Position numbers and translations under genes: made by a program. This document shows, one piece after another, positions 8,651-14,645 of a DNA stretch of 16,292 nt (the stretch's first letter is position 1; every line of letters starts with the position of its first letter). Source of the DNA: Planctomycetota bacterium (GTDB taxonomy: Bacteria > Planctomycetota > GCA-002687715 > DRQF01); NCBI GenBank assembly GCA_027001995.1, contig JALTLO010000104.1:1-16292 (forward strand). Reading direction: 5' to 3'. The notes beneath the pieces are model-generated. The model had not been told where the DNA came from and ran no database searches. It saw nothing but the letters and a program-made list of their open reading frames with translations.

Positions 8651-9195
8651 TGCTTCAGGGATTTGTAGCCGGAGAATTGTGGTCGAGCGTTCAGGTCCCG
8701 AGCTTGACGTCCTACAAACTTCTTTTGGTACACCCGGAAGGTGCATCGATTGACCAACGAGAGATTGTCGCGGTTGACTTGGTTGGTGCTGGGGTGAAAG
8801 ATCGTGTTTTGGTTGCTCTCGGACGGGCGGCCCGCAACGCCATGGGAGACGAGAACGCTCCGGTGGAGGCTGCGATCATAGCTGTGATTGATGGCTTAGA
8901 AAGAGACGGTCCAATTCCGACGTCCCCATTGGCGGGAAGAAATTCATCTAGCGATAGAACGCCAGTAAAGAAAAAACCAGCGCGCAAGAAGAAAGCTAAG
9001 AAGCAAGGGGAGGTGTCCGCTCCCGAAGAAACCATGGACTTGTTTCGAGAAGAAGAAACAGAAATGGATGGGAATGACGCCGGATTATTTGGCAGTGAAA
9101 CCGATCCGGATACGGTGAAGAATGACGAAATGCCAGGGATCGACGATGTTGATCGTTTCTGGGGTGATGATGAAGAGGAAGAAGGCAAGAACTGA
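8650..9195 (+). CDS. BMC-P vertex pentamer (EutN/CcmL family, PF03319) with a long disordered C-terminal extension
   Basis: The first ~83 aa carry V.G.LWS...L.SYKLLLV...VAVDLVGAG..DRVLV..G.AAR...PVEAAIIAVID; ~98 aa of low-complexity sequence follow. TAATG overlap with the upstream stop. Confidence 0.94.
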   Translation: MLQGFVAGELWSSVQVPSLTSYKLLLVHPEGASIDQREIVAVDLVGAGVKDRVLVALGRAARNAMGDENAPVEAAIIAVIDGLERDGPIPTSPLAGRNSSSDRTPVKKKPARKKKAKKQGEVSAPEETMDLFREEETEMDGNDAGLFGSETDPDTVKNDEMPGIDDVDRFWGDDEEEEGKN

Positions 9196-9797
9196 TGGTT
9201 GAAGCCAAACAAGTGAGTGACGATACCTGCCTGGGATTGATGGAGATCTCTTCGATTCCTCGAGGGTTGCTTGCTGCCGACCTGATGATCAAGGAAGCCT
9301 CCATTGAGATACTTGTGTGCCGTCCGGTTTCTCCTGCGATTTATCTCATCGTGTTTGAAGGCGATGTGGAGTCGGTTTCCCGCAGTCTAACACGAGGGCA
9401 GGAATGCGCTGGGCCATCACTTGTGGGAATGCTCTCACTCCCTCAACCTCACACTCAAATGGTTGAGGCGATTTACCAGATTCGCCAAGTCGATGAAGTG
9501 GATGCCGTCGGGGTTATGGAGCTCACACAAATTGCCGCCACTTTAGAAGCAGCCGATGCAGCAGCCAAGGCCGCTGAGATTGAGATTTTGGAAATTCGAT
9601 TGGCCATGGGGCTCCACGGTCATGGTTTCTTTACGATAACCGGAGAGATTTCCTCTGTAGAGGCAGCTATAGAGGCCGCAGCCGCAATCGGAAGAAAGCG
9701 CGGTGCTTGGCATGATCAGGCGATGATTCCGAATCCGGATGCGGTTTTTGTTCAGCACCTAACTGACCCACGTTCGCCCTTTAGCCCTCTGCCATAA
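9195..9797 (+). CDS. BMC-T shell protein, single-layer tandem-domain type (PduT/Haliangium T1-like)
   Basis: Two non-permuted BMC domains: LGLMEISSIPRGLLAADLMIK...GDVESV and AVGVMEL...AADAAAKAA...IRLAMG...GEISSVEAA...IPNP. TGATG overlap with the BMC-P stop. Confidence 0.92.
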   Translation: MVEAKQVSDDTCLGLMEISSIPRGLLAADLMIKEASIEILVCRPVSPAIYLIVFEGDVESVSRSLTRGQECAGPSLVGMLSLPQPHTQMVEAIYQIRQVDEVDAVGVMELTQIAATLEAADAAAKAAEIEILEIRLAMGLHGHGFFTITGEISSVEAAIEAAAAIGRKRGAWHDQAMIPNPDAVFVQHLTDPRSPFSPLP

Positions 9798-9841
9798 GAA
9801 CCCCAGAACCTGAGTCTTCCCTGCCAAGCCTCGAGTTTTTT

Positions 9842-9869
9842 GGAACCAAGTAAGAGTCCATGAGTCTAA
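9842..9869 (+). promoter_or_regulatory. Candidate ECF-sigma (RpoE/AlgU-like) promoter at the start of the sigma gene
   Basis: GGAACC (9842-9847), 16 nt, GTCTAA (9864-9869) resembles the GGAAC...GTCnAA RpoE/AlgU consensus. It overlaps ATG 9860. Confidence 0.5.
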
Positions 9870-10465
9870 GTAATGGTAACAAAGAGCTGACTTCCACTGC
9901 GGATGCGGAGTTGGTCCGTCAAGCAGTTGATCTGGAATCGGCTGAGGCCTTTGAAGAACTCATGAGCCGTTACTATGAACGAACTTACGCGATTATTTTT
10001 CGCATGGTGCGGGAGACGGAAGCGGCACGAGACTTAACCCAGGAGACATTCCTCAAGGCTTGGCGCGGCCTATCATCTTATTCTGGGGATGCGGCTTTCT
10101 TCACGTGGCTCTACAGAATTGCCAGGAATCTCGTGAACTCCGAGTATCGAAGATTGAGAGTTCGGCCCCAGGTTGTCATGACTTTAGGGGATAGTGGAGA
10201 AGAAGATCGCCAAGGGTTTGATCCCCAGTCAGCGGGGGAAAGTCCCGAAGAAGAATTAGCCCGTCTTGAGAGGCGGGAGAAAATTACGGACGCGATTGCT
10301 GGTTTGCCTCCAGATTTTCGCGAGATCATCGTTTTGCGTGATTTAGAGAAAACATCGTACGACGACATTGCTGAACTACTGGAAATACCAGTGGGGACGG
10401 TTCGCTCCCGCTTGCACCGTGCAAGGATGGAGTTGAAAGCGAAATTGTCCGATATGTTCGATTGA
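9860..10465 (+). CDS. ECF RNA polymerase sigma factor (RpoE/SigW-like)
   Basis: Region 2 (AFEELM..Y, DLTQETFLKAW, FFTWLYRIARN) and region 4 (LPPDFREIIVLRD...SYDDIAELLEIPVGTVRSRLHRAR). The true start may lie slightly downstream. Confidence 0.97.
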   Translation: MSLSNGNKELTSTADAELVRQAVDLESAEAFEELMSRYYERTYAIIFRMVRETEAARDLTQETFLKAWRGLSSYSGDAAFFTWLYRIARNLVNSEYRRLRVRPQVVMTLGDSGEEDRQGFDPQSAGESPEEELARLERREKITDAIAGLPPDFREIIVLRDLEKTSYDDIAELLEIPVGTVRSRLHRARMELKAKLSDMFD

Positions 10466-10474
10466 GGATTCGTC

Positions 10475-11851
10475 ATGAATTGCCGGGAGTGCCACGACAA
10501 ACTATCTCTTTACCTCGATGGTCAGTTGACCGACGAGGAGAGATTGCGCGTTGAGGAAGCCCTAGGACGCTGCCCCGAATGTGTAGAAGAACTCGCCGCA
10601 CTCTCTTCGTTGACCAAGGAGATGGGGGAGTTTGGGGATGTACCTATTCCAACGGACCTATTGCAGGATCTTAAGTCTGCTTTTCGCCAAGAGTTGGCTG
10701 TAACAGAAAAGAAGCGGGCTGGGCCTTCGTTCTTGAGGCGCATGGGCGGGTGGCGAATCGCTGCAAGCGTGGCTGCTCTTTTGTTCGCGACTTGGGCGAT
10801 TGTTGAAGATCGTGCTCATCGTGTGAGTTCGACAGAGAGTTTCTCTCAAGAATTCGTCACCCTATCTGATAGAGATTCTGACCCAGGTCGAAGAGACGTG
10901 ACGACCATGGACGGAGTTGGCCCACCTGAAGAAGAACAGGAGGAGGCTGATGATCTCTTAGGCCTTTCGAATTCCTCACGGGCTCCGGCTGGCTCCGTGG
11001 CAGAAGCTTCTTCACCATCGGTAGACAAGAAACGTCAGACCCCCAATAAAGGGCGGGCTAAACCCAAGGCCCTGAAAGCAGAGATCGTCAATGATGATCG
11101 GGACTTGGTGGTGTTAGCTGTTTCTCCCACAAGGAAGCAGTACTTGGACTTAGTTCCCGAGATGAAGAGTCGTTTGGGTCTCGATTTTCGGGCGGAACCT
11201 TGGCCCGAATTTGATGGGGGATTCGCTGGCTCGGTGAAAGGGAAACCACTGGCAAAGAAATCCGTCCTCGATGGAGTGAAGCAGGGTGGGGGAGTGGGAC
11301 GGTCTCCTCTGATCCCAAAAAGTAAGGCCAAAGGGAAAGGTATTCCTAAGACCGTTCGACGAAATGCGGCCAGCTCATTGCCCCTTGTGTCTTCGGCTTT
11401 TTTTGCTCTTGGTCCTAACGCGAGTGAGACGATTAAAGCTGCGGCCCGAAAGGCTGGACTTAAGATTGTTCCATCGAAACTTGGTTCTCTTTCCCAAGAT
11501 AAGGCCGAGTCTGTGGAAGGGGAGATCCTTACGGTGGAATTGACCAAGAGTCAGAGGGATGCTTTGCTTCAGGATTTGGCGAAGAAGAAGGGTTTTCGCA
11601 TTCAGCTATTTGGTCGTGGGGGAGAGGGCTTGTTGCACCCTGGGTCGTTGGACGAAACTGGGCAACATGCGACAGACACTTTCAAGGGAAGAGGATTGAG
11701 TAAGAGTGCCCCAGCAAGCAAAGGGGGGAAATTGCCCAAGCAAGGGAATAAGCAAGCGGACTCCAAAGCACCGTCGATGAAATCCAAGCGGACTCAAGGG
11801 AAGAAACTAGAGCCGCGATATCGCCTCAGTTTCATCTTGCTGAGGCCCTAA
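10475..11851 (+). CDS. Membrane-anchored anti-sigma factor, zf-HC2/ZAS-like N-terminus with a long low-complexity C-terminal region
   Basis: MNCRECHDKLSLYLDGQL...VEEALGRCPEC, a single TM segment (WRIAASVAALLFATWAIV), and a start 9 bp after the ECF sigma stop with GAGGA as RBS. Confidence 0.88.
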   Translation: MNCRECHDKLSLYLDGQLTDEERLRVEEALGRCPECVEELAALSSLTKEMGEFGDVPIPTDLLQDLKSAFRQELAVTEKKRAGPSFLRRMGGWRIAASVAALLFATWAIVEDRAHRVSSTESFSQEFVTLSDRDSDPGRRDVTTMDGVGPPEEEQEEADDLLGLSNSSRAPAGSVAEASSPSVDKKRQTPNKGRAKPKALKAEIVNDDRDLVVLAVSPTRKQYLDLVPEMKSRLGLDFRAEPWPEFDGGFAGSVKGKPLAKKSVLDGVKQGGGVGRSPLIPKSKAKGKGIPKTVRRNAASSLPLVSSAFFALGPNASETIKAAARKAGLKIVPSKLGSLSQDKAESVEGEILTVELTKSQRDALLQDLAKKKGFRIQLFGRGGEGLLHPGSLDETGQHATDTFKGRGLSKSAPASKGGKLPKQGNKQADSKAPSMKSKRTQGKKLEPRYRLSFILLRP

Positions 11852-12033
11852 TTGGGCATTTTTCGAATTCTCCGATATGGTTCTTCTGGGCAGATTAGGA
11901 GGAGAATTCTGACTTCCAACTTAGAAACCTCTGTGCCCCCTCCAAAGATCTGCTCCCAAAAGCATGAAATTTTCGCTTAATAGAATATTTTGTTGTATCC
12001 AGGGCGAAATTTTTTATATCCTCTCAATAGTCG

Positions 12034-12061
12034 TTGCACGGGGCAAAACGAGCTATACAAT
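12034..12061 (+). promoter_or_regulatory. Candidate sigma70 promoter for the XRE regulator gene
   Basis: TTGCAC (12034-12039), 16 nt, TACAAT (12056-12061) within an AT-rich 300-bp intergenic region. Confidence 0.45.
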
Positions 12062-12155
12062 TGTCAGTTAATCACTTGTAGCTGATTCGGGCATTCCCGA
12101 GTCTCACCAGTTTCTGGGAAATGGCTGGCCGGTGTAACGCTGAAGGAGGATGAAA

Positions 12156-12749
12156 ATGGCAGACGAAGGCAGCGTCAAGCCCGCACGGGAGGCGACCACA
12201 AAAAAGAGTAGGGCAGAGAGAGAGGCCGAAGTACGACGGAAATATGACTTCGGTGTCATCCGTGCTCTACGGCAAGAAAAGGGCCTTACCATCGAGAAGT
12301 TCGCGAAGCTTTGCGGATTGAGCTATGCGCCAATTTCTCGCATCGAAACCAATCTGATCAAGCCGAACTTAGAGACCTTGGACAAAATCGCCAAGGGTTT
12401 AGGCATCACCACTTACAACTTGGTTGCCATGGCCGAAAAGCGCGATGCTGAATTGCGAAATGGGCACGACTACAAGGCGGGTACGTTCGAGTTTCGAACT
12501 TTCACTTTCGACGGCGTTAACGTTTCTTATGGCTTCGCCCCTAAGGGTGCTCGAACGGATGAGCTTGACATGAGGGATCAGCAGTACGAAAACTTGGTGG
12601 TCCAATCTGGCTTGCTCGAGGTCACGGTCAACAACGGTTCCTTCCGCTTACAAGCGGGAGAGGCCCTTCAGTATGACCGGGTGTTCCCGAGAACTTATAC
12701 AGCGTTGGAAGACACAAGAGTTATCGTTGTTTCTCATTCAATCGGCTAA
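12156..12749 (+). CDS. XRE-family HTH transcriptional regulator with a C-terminal cupin domain
   Basis: IRALRQEKGLTIEKFAKLCGLSYAPISRIETNLIKPNLETLDKIAKGLG (HTH_3) plus the cupin segment E.LVVQSGLLEVTV...LQAGEALQY. AAGGAGG at 12143-12149 abuts ATG 12150, so ATG 12156 is the more likely start. Confidence 0.93.
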   Translation: MADEGSVKPAREATTKKSRAEREAEVRRKYDFGVIRALRQEKGLTIEKFAKLCGLSYAPISRIETNLIKPNLETLDKIAKGLGITTYNLVAMAEKRDAELRNGHDYKAGTFEFRTFTFDGVNVSYGFAPKGARTDELDMRDQQYENLVVQSGLLEVTVNNGSFRLQAGEALQYDRVFPRTYTALEDTRVIVVSHSIG

Positions 12750-12784
12750 GCCTTTGGAATGAGTAAGAAAGCGATTCCTGCCAA

Positions 12785-12820
12785 ATAAGAAGAGCATGCC
12801 TTGGGCGTGCTCTTTTCTTT
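12785..12820. terminator. Intrinsic terminator, probably bidirectional, between the convergent XRE and FGE-domain genes
   Basis: Stem AAGAGCATGCC (12790-12800), loop TTG, GGCGTGCTCTT (12804-12814) with one G-U pair, followed by TTCTTT and preceded by an A-rich run. Confidence 0.8.
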
Positions 12821-12831
12821 GATTCTCTTCC

Positions 12832-14217
12832 TTACTTCTTTTCGACGCTTTGAGCGCAACGAAAGCCTACGTCTTTTTGGTGGGTTCCGCTGGCTGGTAG
12901 TTGCCAACGCCATTTCAAAGAGACCCCAGGCTGGGAACTGTTGAAGCTACCTCCTCGAACAATAACCGTCGTCCCTTCCTTCAAATTATCCTTGCAGTCC
13001 TTGCCTTCGATGGTCGAATTGATCCATTCTTTAACGTTACCCGACATGTCGTAGAGACCATAGAAGGACCTCCCCTTGGGGTAGGTGCCCACTGTAACAG
13101 GCTTTCTATTCTTGGCTTTGCCGTCGTTGCATGATTCGGGGAACCATTTGTCGCCCCAGGGAAACTCCGTTGTCTTGCCTGGCTTTGCTGTTGCAGCCGC
13201 CATCCACTCTGCTTCCGTTGGGAGGCGTTTGCCCTGAGATTTTGCGTAGGCCCTTGCGGCAAGTAGATCGACACCTGTGACTGGCAATGTCATGTGGGCA
13301 TCCAATGGCGCGTATTCCCCCGTGTCTGGATCTTGGACCCACTGAGGCAATTCCCGCCCTTTCGAATCAGTGAATTTGGGCATGTAGGCGGCCTTCAGGG
13401 TCTTGTCCTTGAGCAAGACCCAAAACTTACTCCAGTATTCACCATGAGTGACCTCAAAGAGATCGATGTAAAACGCTTTTACTTTTGCCCGTCTTTTCTT
13501 GGTCGAGAAGCCATAGCTCGATTCTATGATGATCTTGCCCCCTGGGATCTTCGCCATTTTTGGCGGAGCGCCCACGGTGTACTTCATCTTTGGATCTTTG
13601 AGCACCAAAAGGGTTTCTTCTGACGACTTGAGGGAATCGAAGGCCGCTATGTAGTCGGATCGCTTGGGAGCAGATGATAGGATGACATCATTCCATAGTT
13701 GGTGAAATTGCGTGTCCTTCGGCAACAAACGGCGAATGACAGCTCGGGCGAATTCTTCCCCATCAACTTCTTTTTGCTCGTCCTTCAGCCAATTCTCCAA
13801 AGACAGGGTGAAGGCCCCTTTCATTTCTTTCTTCAAAGTCAGTAGGAGGGGATGTTCGATCTTACTCGTTGCCTTGGCCACTTCTTTGGAGAACCCTCGT
13901 AGGATTTTCTTGGTTTTTCGACCGCTGCGAATGTTGCTGTTGACATCTTTCAGGGGGCTTTCAAGGACGCGAACGATATCCTTGACCGCGCTCTTGTCGC
14001 TGCCATTGCGCGCTTCTTGGAAGAGCTTTTGAAGCCGAGCGTAGTCATCCTGGAGGGCCGTATTGGCTTCAGCTAACTCTATCTTTTTTGCGGCTACCAC
14101 GGCTTCTTGGGATTGAATCTTGGCCAAAGCCTTGGCGTCCACGACACCGGTTCCCCCTTGGGCTAGGGCGCTTGCCCCCATAAGAAGCCAGAGAGTAGCT
14201 ATCACTGCGAATTTCAT
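12832..14217 (-). CDS. Secreted protein with an N-terminal helical region and a C-terminal FGE-sulfatase (SUMF1/EgtB/PvdO-like) domain
   Basis: Signal peptide ending ALA-Q. Motifs FYIDLFEVT, PVTGV, GKRLPTEAEW, FPWG, YGLYDMSGNVKEW, RGGSF and VGFRC. AAGGAGA RBS on the minus strand at 14229-14235. Confidence 0.92.
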   Translation of the reverse strand: MKFAVIATLWLLMGASALAQGGTGVVDAKALAKIQSQEAVVAAKKIELAEANTALQDDYARLQKLFQEARNGSDKSAVKDIVRVLESPLKDVNSNIRSGRKTKKILRGFSKEVAKATSKIEHPLLLTLKKEMKGAFTLSLENWLKDEQKEVDGEEFARAVIRRLLPKDTQFHQLWNDVILSSAPKRSDYIAAFDSLKSSEETLLVLKDPKMKYTVGAPPKMAKIPGGKIIIESSYGFSTKKRRAKVKAFYIDLFEVTHGEYWSKFWVLLKDKTLKAAYMPKFTDSKGRELPQWVQDPDTGEYAPLDAHMTLPVTGVDLLAARAYAKSQGKRLPTEAEWMAAATAKPGKTTEFPWGDKWFPESCNDGKAKNRKPVTVGTYPKGRSFYGLYDMSGNVKEWINSTIEGKDCKDNLKEGTTVIVRGGSFNSSQPGVSLKWRWQLPASGTHQKDVGFRCAQSVEKK

Positions 14218-14397
14218 GATACGGAGAGTCTCCTTCGTCCTTTTTGACTTGGGCCGAGTATAACCGAAAGTGTCCTCATTGTTGACTCATCCCCATCCTT
14301 TCTTCTGCACTTATTCTCCCATCTTGCTGGTTCCCTCCCGTGAGGGGCTAACCCCCCCAGATGACACGGGGGGGGCAAATGGTAGGATGGGTTCATC

Positions 14398-14613
14398 ATG
14401 ACTGTATTCACCAAAGAAATGCTCGTTTGTGACATCGTGGATTCTCATCCAGGGGCCAAGGATGTCCTACTGGAGTTTGGGCTTCCCTGTTTTCGCTGTG
14501 TTGTGGCCTACACGGAGACCTTGGCGGAAGGGGTTCAGCCTCATGATTTGGACGCTGATTTGATCATCGAACGTCTCAACTCTCTTCCTGGCAAGGGCAA
14601 CAAAAAATCGTGA
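14398..14613 (+). CDS. DUF1858-like small CxxC protein (hybrid-cluster-protein-associated redox disulfide domain type)
   Basis: FTKEMLVCDIVDSHP...VLLEFGLPCFRC..A..ETLAEG...H.LD...IIERLN matches the family pattern. Confidence 0.85.
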   Translation: MTVFTKEMLVCDIVDSHPGAKDVLLEFGLPCFRCVVAYTETLAEGVQPHDLDADLIIERLNSLPGKGNKKS

Positions 14614-14645
14614 CCTGTGGTGATGAGGAGGCCCTGCCCTCGTCT

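Noticed and set aside
10481..10495. CRECH as a c-type heme attachment motif
   Set aside because: It lies at the cytoplasmic N-terminus of a zinc anti-sigma domain, before the TM segment, where cytochrome c maturation would not act.
11852..12155. Structured ncRNA or riboswitch in the 300-bp intergenic region
   Set aside because: I recognise no conserved RNA family motif or extended stable pairing; the AT-rich composition fits a promoter/operator region. An Rfam search would settle it.
12832..13050. FGE-fold C-terminus ending in GFRC as a diversity-generating retroelement target
   Set aside because: No template repeat copy and no reverse transcriptase gene are visible in the window.
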